A stretch of 64,000 nucleotides of DNA from Mobula hypostoma. Lineage: Eukaryota. Location of the stretch: positions 105,650,001-105,714,000 of the forward strand of contig NC_086097.1 in NCBI RefSeq assembly GCF_963921235.1, written 5' to 3'. A program made the position numbers and the translations under genes. The notes below the pieces were generated by a model. That model was not told the DNA's origin, made no database searches, and saw nothing but the letters and a program-made list of their open reading frames with translations. Of this stretch, positions 1 to 13,477 are shown piece after piece (the first letter of the stretch is position 1; the number at the start of each line of letters is the position of its first letter).

Positions 1-353
1 AATTGAGTAATGATTGTATGGAAAAAGTGGGGCTAAGTGGAGAGTTCTACCAAAGGGTTGTCACTGGCATGATAGCCAGTAACCTTTAATGTGTTATTCT
101 ATATAAAAGTCTAGATATAATGGGCTCACTCAATGAGGAGCAATGACGTTAAGTTATTGACATCAAGTTAATGATTGTCTAGGGTTGAAGTCATTAAATG
201 TCCAGGAGTAGAATATCCTTCTTAAGGATCAGTTCAGCTTGATTTTATTTAATCTTTGTTGCTCTACATTTTTGTCTCTAATTCAAGTGCTGATGACCTT
301 CCCCTCCAATCAGCTAAATCTGAGGTTACTCTGTTTCAATATTAGATTGTTAT

Positions 354-795
354 AACATAGAAACATAGAAAATAGGTGCAAGAGTAGGCCATTCGGCCCT
401 TCGAGCCTGCACCACCATTTATTATGATCATGGCTGATCATCCAACTCAGAACCCCGCCCCAGCCTTCCCTCCATACCCCCTGACCCCCGTAGCCACAAG
501 GGCCGTATCTAACTCCCTCTTAAATATAGCCAATGAACTGGCCTCAACTGTTTCCTGTGACAGAGAATTCCACAGATTCACCACTCTCTGTGTGAAGAAG
601 TTTTTCCTAATCTCGGTCCTAAAAGGCTTCCCCTTTATCCTCAAACTGTGACCCCTCGTTCTGGACTTCCCCAACATCGGGAACAATCTTCCTGCATCTA
701 GCCTGTCCAATCCCTTTAGGATCTTATACGTTTCAATCAGATCCCCCCTCAATCTTCTAAATTCCAACGAGTACAAGCCCAGTTCATCCAGTCTT
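354..795 (-). mobile_element. CR1-type LINE, 5'-truncated 3' fragment (young subfamily, near-identical to the 3' end of the copy at 34573-36118)
   Basis: ORF 447..833 ends ...LYSLEFRRLRGDLIETYKILKG...RKNFFTQRVVNLWNSL, the CR1 ORF2 C-terminus. (ACATAGAA)n octamer tail at 354-370. Confidence 0.9.
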
Positions 796-2189
796 TTGGG
801 ATAACATTTTGGGATCTTAGTCAGCAGAGACATCGTGGGCCTCTTCCTGTACTCTACTGTTCTATGTCCTATTTCAACTTAAATTATATTTTTTCCTTTC
901 TATTCCAATATATAATAATCATTCCAGATATTCCCAAATATTATCTGGAATTATTTATTTTTCTCTGGGTCTCAGTATATTTGGTACAATTTATTTCTCC
1001 ACTGTATGTTCACGTTATTTGTATATGGTTAAAGTGTGGATTTTGCATTGTGTTGGAGAGATACATCAGTAATGATGACACCAAGTACATCAGATTGTTG
1101 TAAAAAAATAGTTTGATTCATTAATGCCCTTCAAGGAAGAAGATCTGACCTCCTTCATGAGTCTGATCCAGAGGTCAGTCTGAGCCACCAAGAGTCATTA
1201 ACCTTTAAAATTCCTCAAACGATCTAATAAATCACAGTTGGGAATAGGCAATAAATTCAGGACTTGCCTGTAATGCCCAGATCTTTAAAAAATATTTTAA
1301 AAATGTGACATTGTTAAAGCTTTGATACTACTGCAGTCAGCACATCTCTGACATAGTTTAATCCAGTGGATCGTAAGCTTGCATGTTTCTCATGATTGAT
1401 CCATGGAGAGAGCATCTGTATACTGGTGCTGCCAATTCATGCCTTTCCAAATGACTTGGGTTGGAGGTTCTGCTTTGGCGAAGAATGTGTTGGCTTTATT
1501 AAACAACCCATTCATCACCTTAACTTTTCTTGCAGATTTTTCAGACTTCTTAATTTGTGCTATTCAGTTAGATTATTTTTCACTTTAGGGTTGAGCTCTT
1601 CACTAAGCAATCTTTTATTTCTTCTTATTACTTTGTATTTGCACAAATCTTATTTTGCACATTGATTATTTGTCAGTCTTTATGTGTAGTTTTTCATTGA
1701 TTCTATTGTATTTTTTATTCTACTGTGCTCGAAACAAAATGAATCTCAGCATAGTATATGGTGTCAAATCTTTACTTTGATAATAAATTTGCTTTGAACT
1801 TTTCACTATTATTATAGTTTGTAATTTCACCAGTTCTTCTGTGATTTGTCTGTACTGAACATCACATTGGGAGTAGTAGGTTGGCATTTCCTGGGGTATT
1901 GTAGAAATTTTTAATCTCTCTCTGCTTCTGTCTGAGGTCTTCACCTTCTTTAAGAAGACCACTATCATACCAGTACCCAAGTAAAACAAGGTAATGTGCC
2001 TTTATGACTGCCTCCAGTGGTCTGGCATTCATAATCTTGAGAGCTTCAGGAGGCTAGTCATGGCACCCATTAATTCTAGCGGCCTGGAGATCCACTGCGA
2101 TTCACCTACTGCCAAAACAGGTCTCTGGCAGGGGCCGTCTCTCTGGTCCTACGCTAATTTCTCTGCAGCATCAGGACAATAAAGGTACC

Positions 2190-3270
2190 TATGCTAGACT
2201 ATGTATTAACTACAACTTCTCCTTCAATTCTATAACTCCAAGCGAGTTCATCTCCAAACTCCCAAAGCTGGGGCTCATCTCCTTGCTTTGCAACTGGATC
2301 CTTGATCAACTGACTGCTATAGTAAGTTAGGTTATAACACCTGTTCTATGATTATCTTCAACGCTGGCACCCCACAAGGCTGCAAATTCAGCCTCTTACT
2401 CCACTCACGCCTGCGTGGCTCAGTTCTGCTCGAACTCCACCTGCAAGCTTGCAGGTAGTAACTTACCTCAAAAAATGATGAGTCGAAGGAGATAGTGAGC
2501 CTAGTGACAGGGTGTCGTGACAACCACCTTTCCCTCTGAATGTCAGCAAAACAAAAGAGCTGGTCTTTGAATTCGGAAGAGAGGAAGGGTGCACATGCAT
2601 GTGCTTACATCAATGATGCTGAGGTAATGGGGTTAATTTCCTAGGTGTGAACATCACCAATATTTTCTCCTAGTCCAACCACATTGACGCCATGGCTAAG
2701 AAAGCTCACTAACGCTTCTACTTCCTCAGAGGGCTAGAGAAACTTGATCCTCACCAATTTTTAACAATGCATCACTCTGGGTGCCTCACATGGCTACTGC
2801 TCTGCACATCACTACAAGGAACTGCAGAGAATTGTGGACACAGCTCAGCACATTGTGGAAGCCAGCCTTTTCTATATGGACGTTGTCTGTACTGCTTGCT
2901 GTCTCAGTAAAGCAGCCAAAATTGATCCCACCCACAATGGATGTTCTCTCTTCTCACCAAACCCTGCTCCCACCCCCCCCCCCCCCAAATTGGGCAGGAA
3001 ATACAAAAACCTGAAGCCAGGCTCAAGGACAACTTATCTCCTGCTATGATAAGGCAATTGAATGTTTCTTCCTACAATAAGATGGACTCTTGACCTCCCA
3101 ATCTACCTCAATGTAACTGCGCCATATTATTACCTATGCTACACTTTCTCTGTACTGTAACACTGTTTTCTCTTTTAAGTACTACCTCAATGCTCTGAAT
3201 TGATCTGTATGAACAGAAGGCAAGTCGAGACCTTTTCACTGTACCTCTACGTGTGACAACAATAGATCAG
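2190..3270 (+). mobile_element. Degenerate Rex1/Babar-like LINE fragment
   Basis: Decayed RT and C-terminal motifs (tgcaactggatccttga, acgctggcaccccacaaggctg, tctgaatgtcagcaaaacaaaagagctg, aaagctcactaacgcttctacttcctcag); many stops and frameshifts. Confidence 0.55.
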
Positions 3271-3359
3271 TTATTTACCATATTCTTTCCCGTTCAGCCC
3301 TTGGCACTTTAACAGGTCCTTAAGACTGCTGAGTAGGTTACCAGCCACTCATTCCACAA

Positions 3360-3590
3360 ACCCCATTTTATTCTCTCCACATTCCCAATAACTCCACCTA
3401 GATTCTGCCACTTCCCTACACTAGGGGCAGCTCACGGTGGCCAAACTACCTACCAGCCTACACATCCCTGGGATCTGAGATGAAACCAGAGCACCTGGGG
3501 AAAGCCCACACATTCACTGAGAGAATGTGCAAATGCTACGTGCACACCAGTGGAGATTAGGATTGAATCACACTAATTGTCAGGCAGCAG
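3360..3590 (-). mobile_element. V-SINE (HE1-like) relic
   Basis: gaaaccagagcacctggggaaagcccacacattcactgagagaatgtgcaaa resembles the reverse complement of the V-SINE central domain. Confidence 0.55.
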
Positions 3591-3869
3591 CTCCATAAAT
3601 TTTTTTTTAAGGCCCATGAATGCTGCTCCAAATTTTACGAATTGAATCGCTACTTGGAGGTTGGGTAACGTGATTTCAAAATGTAGTTAGAATCCACAGG
3701 TAGTTGGGAAAATTGTAAGATCTGGAGTGTTCTTGCATTTGGCCCATCAAGTCTGCTCCACCGTTTCATCATGGTTGATCCACTTTTCCCCTCAGTCCCA
3801 ATCTCCTGCCTTGCCCGTATCCCTTCATACCCTGACTAATCAAGAAACTACAACCTCTGCCTTAAATGT

Positions 3870-4880
3870 AGGTAGATACTTTAGTGATCCCAAAGGAAGT
3901 GACAGTGTCACAGTAGCATTACGAGTGCACAGATATACAAATATTAGAAGGGAAGTAAGAAAGAATAAAAAAAATAAGTTACTTCAAACAGTCTAACAGG
4001 AGGGGGGCTGTAGGTTGAGTCATTATAGAGTCTAAGGACTGAGGGTAAGATTTACCTCATATAGCGCTCTTTAGAGCAGCGCAGTTGTCTTAGTCTATTA
4101 CTAAAAGTCCTCCTCTGTCCAGCCAAGGTGGCAGGCAGAGGGTAAGGGACATTGTCTAGAATTTCCAAGATTTTCTGTAGGGTTCTTTGTTCTACCACAG
4201 CCTCCAGTGTGTGCATTTTGACTCCTATAACAGAGCCAGCCTTTCTAATCAGTTCATTGAGCCTGTTGGCATCACCCGTGTTGATGCCATTGCCCCAACA
4301 CACCACCACATAGAAGATTGTATTGGTGACAACAGACTGATAGAGCATGTGAGGAAGAGGCCTGCATACTCCAAAGGACCTCAATCTCCTCAGGAATTAG
4401 AGGTGACTCTGGCCCTTGTACACAGCCTTTGTGTTGATGCTCCACTCAAGTCTGTCATCCAGGTGCACCTCCAGGTACTTGTAGGTCCTCACCACATCCA
4501 CGTCCTCACCATCATTCGTAACGGGGGCAGTGCAGGCTTAATGTTCCTAAAGTCCATCACCATCTCATTTGTCTTCCTGATGTTGAACTGCAGATGATCA
4601 GCTTGCACCATTTGACGAAGTCCTCCACCAGGGCCCTGTATTCATCCTCCTGTTCTCCCTTTATACACCCAACTATTGCAGAGTCATCAGAGAATTTCGG
4701 CAGATGACATGACTCAGTATTATATGTAAAGTCTGAGGTTTACAGGGAAAACAAGAAGGGAGCCAATACAGCCCCTTGTAGGGCTCCAGTGCTGATGAGC
4801 TGATTATAGCCGTGTCTGACACACAGCCCTAAAGCTGCACAACCGTGTTCAACCAGTTCGGTAGTCCATTGTCCAAGATA
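3870..4880 (-). mobile_element. Rex1/Babar-like LINE, 3' part
   Basis: ORF 4052..4384 (RSFGVCRPLPHMLYQSVV...VVCWG...LRCSKERYMR). The upstream RT motif region (KFSDDSAIVG) is readable on the minus strand near 4670-4700. Confidence 0.75.
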
Positions 4881-4894
4881 CATTATTCAATATA

Positions 4895-5310
4895 CATAAA
4901 GACTTAGCCTCCACAGTTGCCTGTGGCAACAAATTCCATAGATTCACCACTCTTTGTCAAAATAAATTCCTCCTCAACTCCGTTCTAAAAGGACATCTCT
5001 CTCTTCTGATGTTGTGTCCTCTGATCCTAGACTCTCCCACCATAGGAAACATCCTCTCCACATCCACACTATCAAGCCTTCTCACCATTCGATAGGTTTC
5101 CCCTCTTTTTTCTGAATTCCAGTGAACACAGGCCCAGAGCCATCAAACGCTCTTCATATGACGAGCTGTTCAATCCTGGAATCATTTTTGAGAGCCTCCT
5201 TTGAACCCTCTCCAGTATCAGTACATGCTTTCTAAGATAAGGGGCCCAGACCCACTCACAATACTTCATGTGAGGCCTCACCAGTGCCTTATAAAGCTTC
5301 AATGTTACAT
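4895..5310 (-). mobile_element. CR1 LINE 3' fragment
   Basis: ORF 5072..5302 KLYKALVRPHMKYC...ERVQRRLSKMIPGL...LGLCSLEFR. Confidence 0.8.
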
Positions 5311-5461
5311 CAGGTTTAATATCACCAGCATATGTTGTAAAAATCTGTTAACTTTATGGCAGCTGTACAAAGAAATACATGATCAATAAATATCGAGAGA
5401 ATTGAGTTTCATTAAGTATAAGGTTCATCCATTGTCATCGATGAAGACCTCGACACCATTA

Positions 5462-5597
5462 GTACTTTTCACGAGGTCGAGTTGCTAGCTCGACGCTCAA
5501 CCCAGCACAGATGGAGAGCGTGCATGGGAGCCCGCCGGATTCGAACTCGGGACCTTTCGCCCTGAAGTCCAGCACTGATGCCACCACATCACCAGTT
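5462..5597 (-). mobile_element. tRNA-derived SINE (same family as 15524-15660 and 39437-39700)
   Basis: Minus strand reads ctggtgatgtggtggcatcagtgctggacttc...gagttcgaatccggc (A/B-box-like), then ctgggttgagcgtcgagctagcaactcgacctcgt, shared with the other copies. Confidence 0.7.
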
Positions 5598-8190
5598 GGC
5601 TTAGCACTTGATTTGGATTTAAATGAGGGAGAGATGCGCAGCATCAGCCTCACTCTCTCTTCCCAATTCCCATCTGGATCCAGTGGCAAGACAAGATTCG
5701 AGACGGCTGGAAATGGGACTAGGCGCAGTGGATGACCAGGATGTCTTCTGTGTCTTGTCCAGCTCTACACGTTCCACGACGCTTGCAGAGACCGCCTTCT
5801 TGACCATTGGACCTTCCATTGGTCTCGTCCGCTCAATCCGCCGGAGTCTGTCTTCACATGCTGGGATAGACAACTCCCTATCTCACCGAGGGTTTGAGAC
5901 CTGTCAGCTACCCTCACCTGGTTTAGCTGGCTTGTCGTAGCCGTTGCCTGGGGTGTGGCCGCTGTCGCATGCAAACAGCTAGGAGGAGTCGCAGGTGAGA
6001 GCGGAGTGCCAGGTGGGGACCAAAGGTGGACTAACCGCCCTGAAAAGGACGTGACATATTCCCCCACCAGAGGTGCTACCCCTCCCTGACACCCCATACA
6101 CCCTACATTAAATATGTACCTCTATTAAATAGTTAAGTTAAAATAAGTAGTGAAAAGGGGAAGAAGCAGAGTGGGTCCCTTGATTTTACAATGGTAAAAA
6201 TGAGAAGATGGCTTGTCCTGAATTGTGGGATTCCTTAATGATAGATGGCATCCTCCTCAGGCACTGCTCCTTAAGGATGTCTTGGATGCAACAGAAGCTA
6301 GTACCCCTGAGGGAGCTGACTAATTTTACATCCTTGCTTTTATATTCTAGTCCTCTTGAAATGAAGGCATTTGCCTTCCTCACCACCAATTTAACCTATA
6401 AATTATCCTCTAGGAAAACCTGCACAAGGACTCCCAAGTTCCTTTGTGCCTCACTTGTTTGTATCTTCTCTCCGTTTAGAGAATAGTCAACCCTTTAATT
6501 TCTTCTACCAAAGTACATGATGAGACACTTTGCCGACCCTATTCCAACTGCCACTTCTTTGTCCATTCTCCTAATACCCAAGTCCTTCTATAGCCTCTCT
6601 GTTTCCTCAAAACTACCTGCTCCCCCACCTATCTTTGTATCATCTGCAAACTTTACAATGGAGCCATTAATTCCATCATCCGAATCATTGACGTATGACC
6701 TAAAAAGAATCTGTTCCCTGTGGAACATCACTAGTCACCGGCAGCCAGCAGGAAGAGGCTCCCTTTATTCCCACTGTTTGCCTCCTGCCAATCAGATGAT
6801 TTATTCATGCTAGAATCTTCCCTGTAATACCATGGAGACTGGAGGTCTCCCAGACTTCCCACATGGAGTACAAGACACTGCCCCAGAGCCATTTTCACTA
6901 AATTACAATGTCCTAACAGATGAGAAATGAACCAATAAAAACAGAAAGAGAGAAATTTACCAAATACTTAATCTCACCTAATGAGTCGAGGCCACTCTAA
7001 ACACTGGCACATTCAAAAGAATGTCTGCTCTGCTTGCACTTAAATTATTTGTATTGGCCCTTTCTAAGTGAGCCCTAGAGAGGTTATTGTGAGGTATGGA
7101 TGTCTGGGCTCTCTGCAGCTCAGATCAATACATGGTATGGGGTTGGGTTGATGTACTAGGCGTTAATTCATTTACTTTTGAGTGCTAATCAGGGAGATTT
7201 TCTTTTGACTTTCTTAGTAATTGAATTACCCAATAGTTAGTTTCTTATCTGTTTAAATTCTCAGCATTGGTTTAAAAATTATTTAACATGTGTACTAGCC
7301 CTTGTCCATCCATTACCTCTATCCTATCGTTGTTTAGCAGCAACTGGATTTTTAAATTTTCATCAATGTTTTTGATATCTTAGGCTGGGTCTTCCATTGT
7401 AACTTCCATCGGCCAAAACCATCAGCTTGCTTGGTCTGCATTACCTATTTCCAGATCTGCCATCTGTGTAGGTTGCAATCTCTGGAATTACTCGGGCTCT
7501 CACCTTCTCTACCCGTCTGTGCTTATTTAAGATGCTTGTTAAAGCCTGGGCTTAGCTTGAGCCAGTCTTTGTGGTCGGAAGAAAAAAACTGCAGGTCTGA
7601 GAAAGACTGGCATTAATCAGAATCAGGTTTATTATCACCATATACCCTGAAATTTGTTGTTTCACAGCAGAGTACAGTGCAAATATAAAAATGATTTTAA
7701 GCTGTGAAAACAGTGCAAAAAAACAGATAATGAAGTAGTGTTCATGAACAGTTCAGAAACTTGATGTTGGAGGGAAAGAAGCCTTTCCTGAAATGCTGAA
7801 TGTGGGTTTTCAGGTTCCTGTACCTCCCTAATAGTACTAACAAAAAGAGAGTGCATCATGGATGGTGAGGGTCCTTAATGATGGATGCCACCACTTTGAG
7901 GTATCATTGCTTGAAGATATCTTTGATGGTGGGAAGGGCGGTGTTTGTGATGTACCCCGAGTCTGCAACCCATTGCATCTTCTTTCAATCCTGTGCATCG
8001 GAGGCTCTATATCGGATGAAGACGCAACAAGTCAAATGCTCTCCACTGTACATCTGTAGAAATTTGCAAGAGTCTTTGGTGACGCATCAAATCTCCTCAA
8101 ACTCCTAATGAAATATTAGGAGATAATGGTGTGCTTTCTTTGTAATTGCATCAATATGTTGGGTCCAGGATAAATCTTCTGAAATGTTTA

Positions 8191-8380
8191 CAGGTTTCCT
8201 CCGCTATCCGAAGGTAGAGCGTTCCTATGAAACGGTTCATAAGCTGGAATGTCGTAAAGTGAATAAGCAATTACCATTTATTAATATGGGAAAAATTTTT
8301 GAGCCTTCCCAGACCCAAAAAATAACCTACAAAATCATGCCAAATAACACATAAAACCTAAAATAACAGTAACATCTAGT
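8191..8380. mobile_element. Possible Tigger/pogo-like DNA transposon end fragment
   Basis: TA followed by caggtttcctccgctatccgaaggtagagcgttcctatgaaac, resembling a Tigger-type terminus; no second end found. Confidence 0.35.
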
Positions 8381-8477
8381 AAACAACAGGAATTCTGCAG
8401 ATGCTGGAAATTCAAGCAACACACATCAAAGTTGCTGGTGAACGCAGCAGGCCAAGCAGCATCTGTAGGAAGGGGTG

Positions 8478-8515
8478 CAGTCGACGTTTCAGGCCGAGAC
8501 CCTTCGTCAGGACTA
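8478..8515 (-). ncRNA. Minimal hammerhead ribozyme motif in Penelope pLTR
   Basis: Minus strand reads tagtc-CTGACGA-agggtctcggcct-GAAAC-GTC-gactg; stem I AGTC/GACT, stem II AGG/CCT. Confidence 0.7.
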
Positions 8516-9284
8516 ACTGAAGGAAGAGTGAGTAAGGGATTTGAAAGTTGGAGGGGGAGGGGGAGATCCAAAATGATAGGAGAAGACAGGAGGGGGAGGG
8601 ATAGAGCCGAGAGCTGGACAGGTGATAGGCAAAAGGGGATACAAGAGGATCATGGGACAGGAGGTCTGGGAAGAAAGACGGGGGGGGGGACCCAGAGGAT
8701 GGGCAAGAGGTATATTCAGAGGGACAGAGGGAGAAAAAGAGTGAGAGAAAGAATGTGTGCATAAAAATAAGTAACAGATGGGGTATGAGGGGGAGGTGGG
8801 GCCTTAGCGGAAGTTAGAGAAGTCGATGTTCATGCCATCAGGTTGGAGGCTACCCAGACGGAATATAAGGTGTTGTTCCTCCAACCTGAGTGTGGCTTCA
8901 TCTTTACAGTAGAGGAGGCTGTGGATAGACATGTCAGAATGGGAATGGGATGTGGAATTTAAATGTGTGGCCACTGGGAGATCCTGCTTTCTCTGGCAGA
9001 CGGAGCGTAGATGTTCAGCAAAGCGGTCTCCCAGTCTGCGTCGGGTCTCGCCAATATATAAAAGGCCACATTGGGAGCACCGGACGCAGTATATCACCCC
9101 AGTCGACTCCCCCTTTTCCTTCTCCCTGGGCCTCCTGTCCCATGATCCTCTTATATCCCTTTTGCCTATCACCTGTCCAGCTCTTGGCTCCATCCCTCCC
9201 CCTCCTGTCTTCTCCTATCATTTTGGATCTCCCCCTCCCCCTCCCCCTCCCACTTTCAAATCTCTTACTAGCTCTTCCTTCAGT

Positions 9285-9322
9285 TAGTCCTGACGAAGGG
9301 TCTTGGCCTGAAACGTCGACTG
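9285..9322 (+). ncRNA. Minimal hammerhead ribozyme motif in inverted Penelope pLTR
   Basis: tagtc-CTGACGA-agggtcttggcct-GAAAC-GTC-gactg. Confidence 0.7.
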
Positions 9323-9949
9323 TACCTCCTCCTAGAGATGCTGCCTGGCCTGCTGCGTTCACCAGCAACTTTGATGTGTGTTGCTTGAATTTCCAGCATC
9401 TGTAGAATTCCTCGTGTTAGCATTTTCTCCTTGTTTTTATATTCTATTCCCCTTAGAATAAAGGGCAACATTGCATTTGCCGCCTTTACCACAGACTCAA
9501 CCTGCAAATTAACCTTCTGGGAGTCTTGCACGAGGACTCCTAAGTCCCTCTGCACCTCTGATGTTTAAATTTTCTCCCCATTTAGATAATAGTCTGCACT
9601 ATTGTTCCTTTTACCAAAATGCATTATCGTGCATTTCCCAACACTGTATTCCATCTGCCACTTTTTTGACCAGTCTTCCAAATTGTCTTAAGTCCTGCTA
9701 CAATTGCATTGCTTCCTCAGCACTACCTAGCCCAACACCTATCTTTGTATCATCTGCAAACTTTGCCCCAAATTTCATTATCCAAGTCATTGACTAAGAA
9801 TGCGAAAAGTTGCGGACCCAATACCGAACCCTGAGGAACACAACTAATCACTGGCAGCCAACCAGCAAATGCCCCTTCTATTCCCACTCACTGCCTCCTT
9901 CCTGTCAGCCATTCCTCTGTAAATGACAGTATCTTTCTTGTAATACCAT

Positions 9950-10310
9950 GGGATTACAAGAAAAGAGGATGCTGTCTAAGTTGCATGCCATCTTGGTCAA
10001 TGTCTCCCATCCACTACATAATGTACTGGGTGGGCACAGGAGTACATTCAGCCAGAGACGCATCCCACCGAGATGCAGCACAGAGCGTCATAGGAAGTCA
10101 TTCCTGCCTGTGGCCATCAAACTTTACAACTCCTCCCTTGGAAGGTCAGACACCCTGAGCCAATAGGCTGGTCCTGGACTTATTTCATAATTTGCTGGCA
10201 TAATTTACATATTACTATTTAACTATTTATGGTTCTATTACTATTATTTATGGAGCAACTGTAACGAAAACCAATTTCCCCCAGGATTAATAAAGTATGA
10301 CTATGACTAT
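9950..10310 (+). mobile_element. Rex1-like LINE 3' end nested in CR1
   Basis: ORF 9948..10166 HPLH...PRCSTERHRKSFLPVAIKLYN; ends aataaagtatgactatgactat. Confidence 0.75.
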
Positions 10311-11104
10311 TTTACCTGGTTAAGCAGCCTCGTGTGGCACCTCATCAAATGACTTCTAAATATCCAAGCAAATGACATCCACTGCCTCACCTTTGTCCAT
10401 CCTGCTGGTTACTTCCTTAAAGAACTCTTAACAGATCTGTCAGGCAAGTTTTCCCTTTACAGAAACTATGCTGATTTTGACTTATTTTGTCATTAGTTTC
10501 CAAGTAGCCCAAAACTTCATCCTTAATAATGTACTCCAACACTTTCCCAACCACTGAGGTTAGGCTAACTGGCTTATAATTTCCTTTCTTTTACCTTCCT
10601 CCCTTCTTAAAGAGTGGAGTGACATTTGCAATATTCCAGTCCTCAAGTCATTCTTGAAAGGTCATGACCAATGCATCCATTATCTCTTCAGCAACCTCTC
10701 TCAGGACTCTGGGATGTAGTCCATCTGGTCCGGGTGAATTATACACATCAAGACCTTTGAGTTTGCCTAGCACTTTTTCCTTTGTAATAGCAATGGCGCT
10801 CACTCCTGCTCCCTGACACTCAGAGGCCTCTGGCACACTGCTGGTGTCTTCCACAATGAGGACAGATGCAAAGTACCCATTATATTCATCTGTCATTTCT
10901 TTGTCCCCGTTACTACCTCAACAGAATCATTTTCCAGTGGTCCAGTATCAACTCTCACCTCCCTTTTACTCTTTATATAACTGAAAAAAGTTTGCCCTCG
11001 TATTTCATCTTTTCCCTTCTTATGGTTTTTTTAGTTGTCTTTTGTTAGATTTTTAAAAACTGTCCCAATTATCCAACTCCCACTCACTTTCGCTACATTA
11101 TATT

Positions 11105-11712
11105 AGATTATGAAGACACGCAGTCCTCTTTTATTGTCATGCATTAAGAAATGATACAATATTTCCTCCGGTGTGATATCACAAAACGCAGGACAGACCA
11201 AGACTGAAAAAACTAACAAAACCACATAATTATCACATATAGTTACAACAGTGCAACAATACCATAACTTGATGAAGAACAGTCCATGGCACAGTAAGAA
11301 GTTCAAAGTCTCTCAAATGTCCCACATCTCACGCAGACGGGAGAAGGAAGTAAAATTCTCCCTGCCATGCCGACCACAGTCTGACTCTGAGTCATCCGAA
11401 AACTTCGAGCCACCGATCAGCCCTCCGACTCCGAGTACCGAGCACCATCTCTATCCGAACGATTCAACCTCAATCTCAGTCGCCAACAGCAGGCAAAGCC
11501 GGGGATTTTGAGGCCTTCCCTCCGGAAGATTCTCGATCGCGCAGTAACAACAGCAGCGAACCTGCGTTTCAGAAATTTCTCCAGATGTTCCTCTGTGCTT
11601 TCACGTCTGTCTCCATCAAATCAGAGTTGTCCACGGCCCCATTTAACGGATACGATATCATTTTCACTGGAGGGCTGCCCGCGCGGGGCGCGCTGCTATC
11701 TCCTCCTCCCAC
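11105..11712 (-). mobile_element. Non-autonomous SINE-like insertion with CpG-rich head and LINE-type tail
   Basis: Interrupts the CR1 relic and is flanked by TTATAT on both sides. The minus-strand 3' end reads gacaataaaagaggactgcgtgtcttcataatctaat. No credible ORF. Confidence 0.55.
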
Positions 11713-13477
11713 GCTTTATATTTGTGATTATATGCCCTTTCCTTAGCTTTTATGCAGTCCTTAACTTCCTTTGTCAACTATAGTTGCCTACCCCTGCCAT
11801 TTGAGAACAACTTCTTCTGTGGGACATATTTATCCTGCACCCTGTGAACTATTCCCAGAAACTTCAGTCATCTGTTTTTCCATCATCCCCGCCTGTATCC
11901 TCCTCCAATCCACCTGGGCAAGTTCATCTCTCATGTCTCTAATTCATTTTATTCCAATGTGACTTGTGCTTCTCCCTCTCAAACTGCAGTATGAATTCAA
12001 TCATATTATGATCATTACCTCCTGAGGATTCCTTTACGTTAAGCTCCCTAATAAGATCTGGGTTATTACTCAACACTCAATCTAAGATGGCCATTCCCTG
12101 AGGAGGCTCAAGCACAAGCTGCTCTAAAAAGCCATTTTGTAGGCATTCAACAAATTCCCTCTCTTGCGATCCGCACCAACCTGGTTTTCCCAATCACTTT
12201 GCATATTGAAGTCCCCCTTTACAATTGTGTCATTACCCTTACTACATGCCCTTTTCAGCTCCCTTTGCAATCTCAACCCCACATCTTGGCTTCTATTTGA
12301 AGGCCTATATATGACACCCATATGTTTTTTTCACCCTTACAGTTTCTTAACTCCACCACAAAGATTTGACAATCTCTGACCCTATGTCACCTCTTTCTAA
12401 AGATGTAATTCCATCTCTTATCTATAGAGCCACGCCACCGCCTATGCCTTCCTGTCTGTCCTTTTGATACAAAGTATATCTTTTGATGTTAAGTTCCCAA
12501 CTGTGGCCTTCTTTCAGTCACGACTTAGTAATGCCCACAGTGCCATACAGACCAATCTCTAATTGCGCCACGAGTCCGTCCACCTTATTGTGAATGGCAC
12601 ATGCATTTAAATACAGCGTATTCAGTCCTGTATTCTTTGCCCTTTCGAATCTTGCCTCTGCGGTACAATTTAACTCTTTGCTTTGTCTTCATTTGTACCC
12701 AATGTTTGGCTTGACCTTCCTTACATTCATGTTACACCCATCATCTGCTGGCTCATCCTCAGCTCTATCATACTGGTTCCCATCCTCCTGCCACATTAGT
12801 TTAAACCACTCCCAACAGCTCTATCAAACCTGTCCACAAGAATATTGTTCCCCCATGGATTCAAGGGCATCCTGCCCCTTTTGTACAGGTCACACCTGCC
12901 CCAGAAGAGGTCACAGTTATCCAGAAATCTGAATTGCTTGCCTCTGCTCCAATTTTTCAGCCATGCATTTATCTGCCACATTATTCTATTCCTCTCCTCA
13001 CTATCCTCGGCAGCAATCCCAAGATTAGAACCCTTGAGATCCTGGTTCTTAGCTTCCTTCCTGTATTCTGTTTTCAGGACCTCTTCCCCTTTTCTACCTA
13101 TTTCGTTGGCAATAGAACCAGGACTTCTGGCTGCTCGCCCTCCCTTTTCAGGATATTGTGGATGTGTTCAGAAACATCACAGACCTTGACACCTGGGAGG
13201 CAAACTACCATCTGTGTTCATTTCCCCATTTAGGACAATGTAAAGTATAATTCTGTAAACGGTGCCCTACTGGAATGGTACCTTCTGAATTCAAGCAAAA
13301 GGTAGCTTTTATAGGAAACCCGTGAAAAGACTTAAAAGCTTTGTCATGAAACTTGCATGCATATATCGAGATATCTCAGCATAAGACATGAGTCTGGTCA
13401 GATACGAGATGATTCCCTAAATCATGCTGATTATATTTGCGTAAATCATGTCGGGTTCTTAAGTTTGTTAAAGCCAG

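Larger units (their letters stand above)
8382..9418 (-). mobile_element. Penelope-like element (GIY-YIG endonuclease C-terminus) with inverted pseudo-LTR
   Basis: ORF 8804..9193 contains VIYCVRCSQCGLLYIGETRRRLGDRFAEHLRSV...QPDGMNIDF. Segment 9110-9418 is the reverse complement of about 8382-8680. Confidence 0.9.
9420..13230 (-). mobile_element. Degenerate CR1 LINE (ORF1 esterase-like end, endonuclease and RT relics) carrying nested insertions
   Basis: ORFs 12796..12981 (WQINAWLKNW...FRFLDNCDLFWGR), 12124..12321 (GVIYRPSN...KGDFN), 10648..10896 (SPGPDGLHPRVLREVAEEI) and 9280..9555 (QRDLGVLV). Confidence 0.8.
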
